Below are positions 1 to 12,879 of a stretch of DNA of 64,000 nt, piece by piece. The first letter of the stretch is position 1, and every line of letters begins with the position of its first letter. The notes under the pieces are model-generated. The model did not search any database, had not been told where the DNA came from, and saw nothing but the letters and a program-made list of their open reading frames with translations. The translations under genes were made by a program, and so were the position numbers. This DNA comes from Anolis carolinensis (Eukaryota), in assembly GCF_035594765.1 (NCBI RefSeq), contig NC_085845.1:192898897-192962896 (forward strand). The letters are read 5' to 3'.

Positions 1-1688
1 CACCGAGAGGTCCCTGACTCTTCCTTTCGGCTTGAAGTCAGTGCTGCAATTGCTGCTGCTTTGCCAGCCAAACAACTTCCCAGCAGAGCCCCACTGGGTA
101 AGTTGCATGCTCAGAGCCATGAGATCTATGCGGAGGGAATCAATTGGGGTTGCCTTCTCATTGGTGATCACTTGGCTGGGAACCTCATTTTGATACTATT
201 TGGCCAGGAAGGCAGCAGCAGGAAAATCACTTCAGAGGAGAAATAAAAACAGTATTGAGTCAAATGTGGGGTGTGGACAGCGAGACAATTTCAATGTGAC
301 CTATTGCAGGGAGGTGTGGTGCTAGCAGGGTCAATCCAGGGCAGCTCCAGGGCTAAGTAATAGGAATTGCAGCTGGATTATTTTGGTAGACAGAAGCCCC
401 ATGGGAGTTATTGTGTAAGTGTGGGGCAAGTCCCTTCTCCCCACTGCTAGAACCATGAACTGGTGCTACTGCTAACCCTTGTAGTCTTGTAGCAAGAAAT
501 ATTCCTGAATTCCCAACTTTCCACATTTTTCAAAGATTGCCATGTTAAAGCTTTTGCGTACAAGTGACTCATGGAGGCAAATGAAGGCACTTCAGAATTT
601 CCACATAAAACAATGCAGATTTTTTTTCCTAGCATCTTCCAACATTTGCGTTTGTCATTAGAAGGAAACTCATCCAAAGGAAATATAAGGGTAATTTTTA
701 TAACATTGTTTCTTCCATCTTAAATAGAACATTTCTATACAGAAGTGTCTAGTTGGTACTCTCTAAATGGTAAATCTTAACTGACCCATATAGCCACCAT
801 TTACTGTGATGTGACTTGGGAACAAAGTTCAACTGAGTAAGGTTTTCAGGTTCTTGCTGCAAGGATATCCTGTTACTTCTCTGCCATCCACAGTCATCAT
901 ATTTTCTTTCTCTCCCACTGACTAACAAAAAAATGATTGAAATACCACTTGGGCTCCAGTAGCTAAAGAGTCTTGAATGCCAAAGACAAATGTTTAATCT
1001 GTTTTTGTCATGTTTCCCCAATAAAAAGCCACAAAGAAGTAGCATGCAATTGGGATCTGTTTCCTTTTTCCTCTCTGAACCTTGACATGATCTAAAATTG
1101 GAATTGTTTCCTAAATTACAATTTCTGGTGCACATCATGGGTGTGTATTGTCTCTTGTATTACACCATTTAGTAGTAGTGGTATTGTTGTTACTGAGGAC
1201 TGGCTCCCTTCTTGCCATGTACTTGCTACATTTACAAGCTTTTTCTTATTTTATCTTTGCAACAGCCCTGTGGGGTAAGTCAGGCTGATCACCTCATCAC
1301 ATGTAGTTATGGAAATATCCTAGCACGCTGCCGGAGCAAATTCCTCCATGGAGTCCAGTAGATGTCATCTGATGATGTAAGGCAACTTGTGGCGGGGCTC
1401 CTTAGAGAAAGCATCCTGGCAGCATGCTAGGACACTTCCATGGGAACACGGGAGGCTTCCCGTGTTCCATAGGGAAGAATGGGGAAAAGCTGGTTGGCGA
1501 TGCTTCTCCCAATGGGATGGGATAAGGAGTGCAATTGGTGATGTGAGGTGCAGGGCAATGGTTTTCCCCTCACTGCCCCACAGATCCAAACTTTGGTGTG
1601 ATGAGGTTCTGAGAGAAGCTTCCTGATCCAAGGTTTCCCAATGTGAATACATTAACACACTGTTTCAGTGGTATTCAGACTATTACTA

Positions 1689-2053
1689 CCATGTTTCCCC
1701 GAAAATAAGACAGTGTCTTATATTAATGTTTGCTCCCAAAGATGCTCTAGGTCTTATTTTCAGGGGATGTCTTATTTTCCCACGAAGAAGAATTCACATT
1801 TCTTGTTGAACAAAAAAAATGAACATTTATTATATACTGTACAGTAGTTGTCATCACAAACCAGCATAACCAGACAAACTGTGCCTCCTATCAAAAATTT
1901 CTTGTTCCTACTAATATTTCCATGTACAGCACTCTAGGGTACGTACATTTACCAATCCTGCATGCTCGGGTGTTCTGTTCGTTGGGCATGCTTCCAAACA
2001 AACCATTGCTGTGTCTTACTTTCGGGGGATGTCTTATTTTCGGGGAAACAGGG
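1689..2053. mobile_element. Non-autonomous Tc1/mariner-superfamily (pogo/Tc2-like) MITE
   Basis: TIRs CCATGTTTCCCCGAAAATAAGACA ... TGTCTTATTTTCGGGGAAACAGGG; TA on both sides; related to the inverted copy at 12880-13304. Confidence 0.85.
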
Positions 2054-2125
2054 TATTACATTCTGACAATCCAAATAAGGCATTTCAGTTGACTAATAAT
2101 GTGATTAACTGAGTGGTTAAATATA

Positions 2126-2439
2126 AGATAAAAAAACAAAGGTTTTTCCATGACATTAAGTCTAGTTGTGTTTGATTCTGGGCTCATTTCCATTTCTAAG
2201 CCAAAGAGCCGGCATTGTCCATAAACCCCTCCTAGGTCATGTGGCTGGTATGACTGCATGGAGAACTGTTACTTTCCCACCGGAGCGGTACCTATTGATC
2301 TACTTACATTTGCATGTTTTCAAACTGTTAGGTTGGCAGAAGCTGGGACTAACCCCACTCCCCAGATATGAACCGCCAACCTTTCGGTCAGCATGTTTAG
2401 CACTCAGCGGTTTAACCCTCTGTGCCACTGGGGGCTCCC
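2126..2439 (-). mobile_element. Sauria SINE
   Basis: Body matches the other Sauria SINE copies in the window; 13-bp TSD GTGGTTAAATATA at 2113-2125 and 2440-2452. Confidence 0.9.
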
Positions 2440-3257
2440 GTGGTTAAATATATTTGCACAATTGTATGGAAGTGGTTAAATATATTTCCATACAATTCCG
2501 TATACAATTGCAAACAGGAATAATTTTGAAGCTTTTCCCATACTTTAGGTTATTTTTAGTAATGATTAATTCAATGGGAGAAATTACTCAAAGATGCCTC
2601 CAAAATCCACAATCGGCAGTAACTGGGCAGCTTCCATTTTGTTGTGGGTGCTTTGGGTTTCAGTTTGAATTTTAAAGGTATCCTCCAAGGTGCTGAACCT
2701 TGAGAGGATTGAATTCATAGTACAGTCACCTCAGTACCAATTTTTTAAATAATAAAAAACCAAATACAGTATGATCCCTTTATCCTAAGGACCGGTATCC
2801 ACAGTATCATTAAGTCACATCTGAAAAAAATATGCCATGTCTAAGCATGTTCTTGGTCTTACAGCATGGTCCTATAGTATTCTAGGGCTAGAAGTCTTCA
2901 TGTCAGTAGGGTTCGCTACCATCTATGGTTTTGCATGTTAACACAAAGTCCAGGAACATATTCTCTGTTATCAGTTTCTATATTTAGCAAGATTGCAGTA
3001 GGAGATACAAACAGTTTAAAGCCAAACAAGCAAAACTGGAAGTGGTTCCACCATCTTTCAGTTTCATTTTTCTTCTGGTTTGTTTGCTGCTTTCATCTTA
3101 AAGCAAGTAGTGAGGATGGAAATTTTGTAATCCCAAAATTCTTTATTTGTATCTTGGGTTGCCAGATCTCAGGGTCTGCCCCTGAGTCCTTAGTTGTAGT
3201 GGGTCATCTCCAAGCAGGAGAGAAAGGTACAAATTTGCCTGTTTTGGGTTAGCTCAT

Positions 3258-3295
<38 letters not shown>

Positions 3296-3485
3296 TTAAT
3301 TATTTATTAATCACCCTCCACCCAAGATGCTCTAGGTGATTTACAAGCTAAATTGTAAAGGATAAAAATACATACAAACAAATATTGATAAAATTAACAT
3401 AGATCAAAAAGCTCTAATAAAAAGCCAGGTCTTAAGTGCTAGGGTAAAAGGCCCTAACTCACGCATGGCTCTCATATAGGGTGAA
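3258..3485 (-). mobile_element. L2 LINE 3' fragment with (CAT)n microsatellite tail
   Basis: Tail pattern TTTATTAATCACCCTCC..GATGCTCTAGGTGATTTACA plus AAAAGCCAGGTCTT (KTWLF on the minus strand), as in the L2 at 22070-22925. Confidence 0.6.
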
Positions 3486-4526
3486 AGAGGAAAGAGGAAG
3501 GGCTGCATGGAAATCTGCAGATCATCTGGTACAGCAGAAGCTTACAAGGGTAATCTGATTTTTGCTCCAACTTCCAAAGATTTACTGGAGTGTGTGTGTA
3601 TATTATATATACTTACTAGCATTTTTCTTCCCTCCCAGTTGTTCTAGCACTTGAGCTCACCCTCAACTCCGTTTTGCATCCACCTGCTGACAAGAAGCAA
3701 GTGGGCTAGTTTAATTGGTCCTTATTCCATCTTCATAAGTAGACGAGAAGTAATGTACTGCCAATTTCATGTTGACTTGGGAACAGCCTTATTAGCTAAC
3801 TTTTCTCTTTTACTTTCCAAACAGGAAAATATGTTGTGTGTATGTTTAAATTACAAGCAGTTGGGCCTCTGCGGTTGGCACTCAATATATAGTTCTTAAT
3901 GACATCACCAAGGGCCAATCCTAGGTCTCAGGTTTTGACCCAGAACCATCAGGCCTGGGATGATCCTGAATTGGCAATCAAATGAGATCGAGAGCCCTAA
4001 ATAAACTATATTTTAGGTTAGGAACCTCCCAAAAAGGAAAATTTAAAAATGGCAGGTGGAACAATATCCTTTTCAGACTTGTAACAGATTGGAGACAGTG
4101 ACAGATTTTCTCCCTGGATACAACGTCTGCGGAGTTCACTGTTCACTAGACAGGACCCCAAATGTATTGTGCGTGCTTTATCTTGTTCTTGGCTTATGTA
4201 AACCTCACTTGAGGAACACAAAGCAAAATTGGGGTTGAAGTCCCCATTGTGTCAATACACTCAAATGATGTGGCAACTCTAGGTTGCAAAATTTGATTTG
4301 TTCCAAAGAAGAAAAGGACCGGCCCTGGGGTTAGAAGGGCCTTGGCTTGACAAGAGAAGCAGCAATTGCTGTCTGTGGAGAGATCGTCCTCTGTGTGAGA
4401 TTTCCGTCAATCTCGCTTGCCTGCACCGGTGTTGCTCATGTCGCTGTTGTCGTCTCCTGTGACAGATCAGAACAAAGCAACAAGAAACATATTCGGTACT
4501 CCTTGCTTATCCTCCATTCTTTACAG

Positions 4527-4553
4527 ATAAAAAGAGAGGAGAAAGCCACAAAG
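4527..4553 (+). other. Candidate 27-nt microexon (or 3' part of an 88-nt exon, 4466-4553) of an unidentified host gene
   Basis: Pyrimidine tract and TTTACAG acceptor, AAG|GTAATG donor, frame-preserving length, CpG-retaining unique flank; no homology recognised. Confidence 0.25.
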
Positions 4554-7500
4554 GTAATGTTGTGGTTTGTTTAGTAAAGATGGGAATGTTGCTTGGTTTG
4601 TTTATAAGATGTGGCCGATGGGATAAAGAAGACGTTTGTTACATATTTCCAGGACTGATGGCACCTTGTCCTCTAGATAGCAATGAACATTCACTCCCAT
4701 AATCTCTTGGCTAAGCTAGCTGGGGCTGATGGGAATTGAAGTCCAGTAGAATTTGGATAATTTGGCCAGTTTTGTAGTAAGCCTTCTTCTGTGGAAAACC
4801 AGTGTTGAAGATACTTGCTATTTAAATCATGTGTTTTAACATTTGAAATAGATCATGCATAAATATTGTTGTGATGTTGAAAGGCAGAATAATGTTTTTA
4901 TACCTTGACTGCAGATGTGAAGCAGAATAGTAGAGATAACAATATGTTTCAGTTTCTGGCAGAAGAGGGTTTTGTTAGACTGGTATCTCAGTCACTTCTC
5001 AGCAAATCTTCTACCATCTTTGTCATGGATATGGATGGGTATTGGAGTGGTGGTAACTAACTAGGGAAGGTAATACACATTCTTAGTGAACATTTGCAAC
5101 ATTTCTGGCACAGATTGCTCACTTGATTATGTGTGATTGACCTGTGTCATTAAAAGTGGCTTCTTTTTGAGTCTCCATAATGTTTTCCAAAGGGGAAGGA
5201 GAACTTCAACACTCCTTTGCCGGATGGCTTATTGGTCAAGTGCAGGCAAAACTATGACTGACTTGAGTTTCTTAGGATTTGTGGATAAATGATAAGAGAG
5301 AGCTGGAAATAATTAATGATCCATTATTTTAAAAAGTTGCTCTATAGAGTTGAATGTTATGCTTGTCATATTCTTAGAAAATCAAGGTAATCACGTTTGA
5401 TAATGACACAATAAAATAACAAATATTGATGGAAATCCTCTTTAGCCTTATTGGGATGATGATCTTCCTTAAATATTTTTTTTATTGTTGTGAACCACCA
5501 AGGCTTAACTCAAGATTCAAAATCAAATGGAGCAAATGTGTATTAAAAGTTGTTCATGATGGGTCTTCAAATTTGGAGAGGAGGAATAATAATAATAATA
5601 ATACCTAAACACTGAACCAAGGCCTAATATTAGTAATTGATTTTAATCAATTAATTAGTCAGAAGGCTGGTGATGCATTTGACTTTTCAAACCTTTTTAT
5701 ATTAGACGTAATAGCCAGAATGTGAATTCTGAGTTCTATGTTTTTCAAATGGTTCCTAAATTTATTTTTAAGACAAATGAGAGAAGAGAATTACTTTTCA
5801 ATACATATTCTGAGAATACCATGGCTCAGCATGGATAACACTACAGTTCAGTGCAGGTATGAAGACAGCTTCTGGCTGGATATGTGATAGCAAGAAATGT
5901 CACGTACTTTCTTTCAGGCACTCAATGTCAATCACTTCCATGTTCTCACTGTTTTCAGAAGTAGCAATAGCTGAGTACACTTTTTACTATCTAACTGTTA
6001 CAGTACTTTCATAACTTCTGGGTGGTGTGAGATATTGTAATGAAACTTTGTAAAAATTATTCCTATCAGCAGGAAAAGACTCCTGCTCTTTGGGGTCAAC
6101 GTATCTCTTTCTTTCTAACTATAAAACTCATAACAGGTGGCCTGTGAATTACAAGTAAAGAACCATTAATCTAGAACACTCCTAACTCTATGAAACAATT
6201 GGTCTTGGTTTTTGGATTTCAATGAAAAAGCTCTTTCCAGTTTGAAATAAGTTGTAATGAGTAAGTTAAAATGAGGGACACATTTAACTGATCCAGATGG
6301 ACTTTGTGCTGGCTACAGAATCTGTAGAATCAGGTTCTATAGAGCTGTGTCACCATGCTATCCATTTGGGTCAGAGTTTCAACATCAGTATCCAATGTCA
6401 GAATTGCTAGTGGGCATTTGCAGATGTGGACTTCAAATGGGTTGCAGAGCACCAACCACTTCATCTCAAGTCTGTCTTTGTAGCTTATGTTTGAACAACA
6501 GTGGTGATACTTGATGGTCAAGGACAAGGATCCTTTGTGTCTGTGGGTGCATACCTAAGGCACCCAACTCTGATTTGCTTCATTACAGTTAGACATCAAT
6601 ATTGCATTTCTTTCACACAGTTTTAACCATTCAAATTGCTCATAGTTTCCACTGTGTTTCTTCTAGCTTCACAAGAATCATGCAATGCAGCAGATAATGG
6701 GCAAAGTTGCTCCTGGATTCCCACAGTCAGGTTCTCTGTGACATTCTGAACCTTATGGTCAAGAATGTTGTGTCAGAGGTGCTGACATAGTAATTGGCAA
6801 GACCAGAAGCAAAAAGAAGCAAGATTTAATGAGGTAGGGCAGGCTAAGGAAGAGTGATTAACTTGAGTTTACCCAATGAGTTTCATGAATGATAGAAGAT
6901 TTGAACCTGGGCCTCCAGAATTCAAGTCCAACACTCTCTTTACCAACCCTCCCATGACTAGAGTGACATGGATACTCATTCAGTAGATTTTGAAATGTCA
7001 GAAAAGGGGCAGAAAATTGTTAGTTCTCCATTAGTTGTTGCTGTATTGCTTCTTCTGGAATTGTCTTCCTTGTCTGAGAAATATAACTGCGCTGGTGTTG
7101 GGTTGCTGTTCATTTTGGCTTGGTCATTTGTTCCTTTGGTTCAGGTGTCCATATTTCTTGAATCTGCCTTGCTTTTAGGAGTCGTCTTCTTAGTTCAGAG
7201 TGGGAAAACCTTGTTATGTTTTTTGGGGGGCCGTAACATTCATGGTGACCATAGTCCAAAATAGGCAAACCATTTCCTCCCTCCCTCCCAGTGGCATTTC
7301 CTCCTCTTTTTCCTTTCCTCATACCACTTACAATTCATTTAGTTTGAAAAGGAACACATTGATCTTGCATTTGGCATGAACAGATTGATTGCAAAAGGAT
7401 CTTAAAATTAACCAAAGGAGTTTGGGCCAAAATTACATGAAGCTATGAAGCCACAGTTCTTGCCCTGCATTTGTTGTGTTGCACCTCTGGCCTCGTTGTA

Positions 7501-9254
7501 TTGGTGTGGTAAGCTACTCTGGGCTCTGTTCCTTTGGTGTTCTGCTACATCTTGAGGAAATTTACAGCTTTTCTGGATCTGAGAGAGAAAGAGAACATGG
7601 GCAATCGACAGCCTATAAATTTATCCCAGTGATGACATCTTAACTGAAATGCTCTAGATTGTTAACCTTTTTTTTTTGCATCTATTGTAATAGTCCCTTT
7701 GGAATAAACCTTCATTGCATTGCCAAGCAATTTTTCTGAACCTTTCATTCAATAAGGATGGAACACAGTGAGAGGTTGAATCTGGCTGGCAATGTGCATC
7801 TGTTTGCCTTCTTTTAAAAAAAATTGGTGTCAGATTTTGAAACATAACCCAATAGGCTGGAGCAAAATCCAGACAGTCAGTAACTTTTTAAGAACTTTAG
7901 ATTGCTGACTTCTCATTTAAATTAGGAAGATTTATTTCCAAGGTGGCAACCCCCACCCCACCCCGACTACTGCTTCGTGTTCCAGTCCAAACTAGCTGGC
8001 TGATTCCTGTCTTTTTTGCAGCCAGTCGGAAGGTAGGCTAATTTAGAGCAATCCTACCAATTCACAAAGAGGTCATTAGGCAGACGGAAGTCCATAGCAG
8101 GTTATGAACCAGACAGTCTCTATGAAGGAAGGTCACAGGGTGAGCTTACTGTTTACTGAGTCTGTAAATGGTAATCGTCTGGCTGGATGTATGGTCATTA
8201 TCCACCGCGAGACCCAAATCCTTAGCAGTACAAGATCACCGCACCAAATACATGCTCCCTTGGATTCCGGGGGGAGGGCATCCATGCCAATAAGAACTCC
8301 CTTTTTTGCTTTTCCACTTGGAAATGAATTGACTATCCCTTTAAAATGCTGGAGAATTTTACTGCTGGAAGCTGTTTAACAGGCAGAGTGCCGGGTGCTT
8401 AATTGTGTCAACAATTATTCACACATTAGCACCAGCTCTTCCTTCAGGTTTGTATAGCAATGACTCGTGAAAGTAAGTTGATCATACTCATCATAAATAA
8501 AATTAGCTTTGGGCAAAGTTAGCATTTGACAGAGGGGGAAAATGAAATTAAATCCTCGACAGTTATATACTTAGTTTCCTGCTGAAATCTGTTAACTGAA
8601 AAATGTGTCATTATATGAAAGTAAATTGGGAAGTGTGTGTGTGTTTGTTTATGGTACAAGGGCACATCCAGGCAGAATGCAACTCAATTTGCAAAATAAT
8701 AAAATAATCACAATAATGTGCTAAAGAATAATTACTTTGGGAACCACTTTCCCTGTTTACTTTTTCAGCAGCTTACACTCTCAGATGTCTTTTACTTCAG
8801 CAGTGACTTGAGTGGTAAAGCTGTTCTGTTCTATGAATTCATTTGATGCCCCAATGAACTGCTGAATCTTTCAGGTGAGAGAAATTTGAAAATGTTGTAT
8901 CATGTTACAAGCTTTCTTTCCCCAAGTTAAACATGCCCAGCTCCTTCAAGTGTTTCTCATAAATTCTCTCAGATATTACCACTTCAGTCCCATTGAAGTC
9001 AAAGGGAGAATTTAGTTGTGATTCCACTGTCACAGATTTTAGTGGAAAAAGGTCTGGATTCAACCATCTGTGTCTGACAGCTCAAGTGTGAACATACTGT
9101 TTTATCCTTAATATGAACAAAATATGTGAATTCTCATGAATTCTTCAAAAACAACTGAAATGAAATCTTCTTTTACACTGGCCAAATCCCATAAATAAGC
9201 TATTCCCAGCATGGAAATGACCGTATTGTATCTGCCTTAAATATTCTAAAGATG

Positions 9255-9518
9255 GGGTCTTTTTTCCGTGTCAGGAGCGACTTGAGAAACTGCAAGTCAC
9301 TTCTGGTGTGAGAGAATTGGCTATCTGCAAGGATGTTGCCCATTTTGGGAGAACACAAGGATGTTGGGAGAACACTGATTGTTTATAGGAAAGTAGGAAA
9401 TAAGATATAAAAAGAAGAGGGGAAAAATGATAAGTAAAAAAATATTATTAATAATAATAATTAAAAAAGACAAAAAATAGAATTTGTTGACTTCCATCTA
9501 ACTTTAACTGGTTCATCA

Positions 9519-9568
<50 letters not shown>

Positions 9569-10330
9569 ATTTATTTATATAACTGAATGTTTGTAAAAAT
9601 TGGTAAATCACCACATCCCCTTCGTCCTCAACAGTCACGAAGATTGTATCTGATTCAGCAGATAGGGTCCAATTTCATTTGTTTTAAATAATCCTTTACC
9701 AGGTCCCAATTGGTTTCTTTCTTTGGTAAACCTTGGCTTGGAGATAACCAATATGTAAGTTTGTCCATGTTCATCACCTCCATGACTTTATTTAACCATT
9801 CCTCTTTATTCTGATTCTCCTTTCGTCTCCAGAGCCTAGCATATGTTATTCTCGTGGCAGTGACCAAATAACTGAACAAGATCTCTTTATTTTTATCCTG
9901 ATCAATGTCTAACATTCCTAGTAAGAAATACTCTGGTTCTCTTTTAATTTTTATCTTTAAAATTGCTTGTATAGCTTCGTTTATATCTTTCCAATAAAGT
10001 TGAGCTTTTGGACATGTCCACCATAAATGAAAAAAAAAGTGCCCGTCTGATGCTCATACTTCCAGCATTTGTCAGATGTATTCTGATAAAATTTAGAAAT
10101 TTTATAGGGGGTAATATACCACCTATATTGCATTTTTAGCCAATTCTCTCGCATATCATATGCAGATATGTTATGTTTTGCCATCCTGTGGGAAGCTTCT
10201 CTCATGTCCTCGCATAGGGAGCTAGAGCTGACAGACAGGAGCTCACTCCACCCCCTGGATTAGAACTGCCGACCTTTCGGTCAGTAGTCCTCCTGGCACA
10301 AGTGTTTAACCCATCATGCCATTGGGGGCT
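9255..10330 (-). mobile_element. tRNA-head SINE (family ending TGACACG-An) split by an L1 insertion
   Basis: One part at 9255-9342 (GTGTCAGGAGCGACTTGAGAAACTGC...), the rest at ~10166-10330; matches intact copies at 15379-15651 and 57045-57300. Confidence 0.85.
9343..10165 (-). mobile_element. 5'-truncated L1 (ORF2 C-terminus plus 3' UTR)
   Basis: Minus-strand peptides RENWLKMQYRWYITPYKISKFY..CWK..GTFF and YLVTATRITYARLWR..EEWLNKVMEVMNMDKLT match the non-mammalian L1 ORF2 C-terminus; frameshifted; (TA)n in the UTR. Confidence 0.85.
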
Positions 10331-11694
10331 TCTTCTGAAAATGTTGATTAAAGCATAATTTTGATGGTTATGCTTTGAAAGACAGATCTTTCCCCCATAA
10401 GTTAGCTGTTCTTTCCCAATAGCACAAGGGTTGAAATTGTTTTATTTAGTAAAAATAAGCCAGTATTTGTGCAAAAATGATGTACTCTTATATGATCACT
10501 TCTTTGCTAATTATCCAGAGACTTTTGGATAATTAACCTCCCTCCGGGTGCCATTTTGCCAGCAAGTATATCTTTTCTCCAGCGTGCCAACACTTCCCCC
10601 ATCACATAGGGGAAGCATCTCCCAAATTGGGCAGAAGTGTGCTGGTTCCAAAGATGCTTCCACCCCAGTTGGAGTGCGGCCTCCACCGAAAGTCACATGA
10701 CATTGTGTGATGGCAGGTGTGGGGCTCCATCCTTGATGCAAGCTGGAAACGTCCTAGGACACTTGCTTTGGTCAAAGCGATGAAGTCTTTTGTTCAGTGG
10801 AAATATTCTTTGCAGTACAGGTTGGGCTTGTAGCAGTCTCACTGTGGTATAACTAAGAGTTGCAAAAGAAGGAGGATAGAGAAAATATGTCAAATTCCTC
10901 ACTGTGAAAATGGAAGTTGAATACAGAATACAGGGGCAATATGGTGTGCCTGATAACAGAGAGAAAAGGAGGGCAATTAAATGAAAATCTATGCTGAGAT
11001 TTTCAAGACAATTCTGTTCTAGCTTTACTCTTTGTGTTGTCTGTTGACCAGTGCTGGTCTGTTAAACCATGCCAAACTTGTCAGGCATTGATCTAGAGTT
11101 TTCAAATGCACCTTGCTGGGGAAAGGATCTTCTTTGTGGTTCAAGCTTATTGCTTTCCATAGGGAGATTAGCCTGTTGTTGTTATCTAGCTGTTTATGCT
11201 GTTGTTGTTTCCTATTTATCACAGGGATTTCTGGTAATGGGAGTGCTCAGGGCTTTCCAGTGGTTTCCATGGCCAAGTGGTGATTAGAACCCTGGTTGCC
11301 AAAGTCATAGTCCAATGCTCAAACCACAATGCCACACTTGTACCAACCCTGATATCATTTCACTGCCAAATACTTTTTACTTCTTTCTTTCATTGAATAA
11401 CTGAGTAAGGTATTTTAATATCTGGTAGGAACTGAATGTTCTGTTCTTAAATGATTAGGGATACTGGAGCTCCATGTTTGAATTTGAGTATAGGTCTCGG
11501 ATGTTCTTCAAGGACAATATGGCATTGAGAGGGGGCAATTTTGCAGCAGAGATAAGCTTTATCCCTCCAGTGTTCTCTCCTCTCTTCTACCTTTCCTATA
11601 GCTGTTGTTCTAGGAAATGGGTTTAGCCACTTTAGGGAAGTAATTCATGCCAGAAAGGATAAGAGAGATGCTTTTACTCCTCGCCCTCCAATTT

Positions 11695-12310
11695 CACTAA
11701 GAAACAAAATTTGAAAACTTTTCTGTTTCTGGTTTGAAAGTGTTATTCCTGTTTAATAGTATGGCAATTACTTTGAAAATAGTTATTATACTCCAGAAAC
11801 TTCATTTTTTTACTTTATATATATAATGTTTATTTATTTTCATTCATTCAAATATACATACATTGCAAGTGTTTGTTGTATACAGTGCAATACTTTCATT
11901 TATTAGTCTTTCATAATCATTTCTCAGACAATATATTTTCAATAAGGGGTCACAGGCTTCTATTTGTATAGTGCATATAAAAATATTATAAGTTCCAAAT
12001 TTATATCCGTTTCCTCCTTGCCTTCAGTCTATTAACTTCCTCTATGCACATTTTTAGATTAATTTTACATTGAAATGTTGGATCATTGGTTGCCATTCAT
12101 TAACAAAGTTCTCTAAAGGTTCTCCTCTTAAATGCATTGTTATTTTGTCCAGAAACTTCATTTTTGTGGCTGTCAAAAAACTATGTTGAGTGGGTTGAAA
12201 CCCAATGAGATATGCACTAAAAACTATAGCAAAATATCCTGCAGGCTAAACTTTTTCCATGTTTATGTGATAGAACCAATTAGGAAATGACATTATAACC
12301 CAGGAACATA
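11695..12310. mobile_element. Non-autonomous DNA transposon with a CACT.. terminus (Chapaev-like), interrupted by L1
   Basis: Starts CACTAAGAAACAAAATTTG; similar sequence recurs at ~35610-35730; superfamily assigned from memory. Confidence 0.5.
11810..12147 (-). mobile_element. 5'-truncated L1 3' end
   Basis: 18-bp TSD TCCAGAAACTTCATTTTT at 11792-11809 and 12148-12165; homologous to 63055-63360 on the opposite strand. Confidence 0.85.
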
Positions 12311-12879
12311 CAACCTCAACACATTGATGAGGTAGCACAGGGTGATTTGCAAGCCTCTGTGGTGAATCAGCGGGGCAACAGGGCAATATCAGTGCCCTAT
12401 GCCCCTTCTCACCCACAGCTACACTTCCCCATCACATGTAAGGAAGTGTCAATTTTCCCCGCATTGGTGCCATTGTTCCTTGTGGAACATGGGAAGCCTC
12501 CCATGTTCTGGGCACAGTGTCATAGAGTGCTTGCACCCCATCTCATTGCTAGAGTCCCACCAGAAATCAGAGTGCATCATGTGATGGGCAGTGTGAGACT
12601 CCATGGATCAACTGGGGCACAAGAGGCCTGTGATGCTTGTAGCCCTCCATGGGATGAAGTCCATAGTCTTATTTTTTCTTCTCTGCTCTTCTCCAACATC
12701 AATGAATCTCAGAAAGGTTAAGCACCAAAGCTGACCACTTCTTTCTGAAAACAGTCCTTTCTAGTATTTGATTATCCACATAGCATGGAGTTCTAGACGA
12801 CTCCCTATCAGTCCCAGCCAGTAGAGCCAGCATTGATGGTATTATGGGGACTATAGTCAAAAATATTTAGAATGTACTA

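Noticed and set aside
1290-1620. Palindromic segment similar to 12400-12600 as a structured RNA
   Set aside because: Dispersed, diverged copies with CCCATCACA-type ends fit an old MITE better; boundaries too uncertain to annotate
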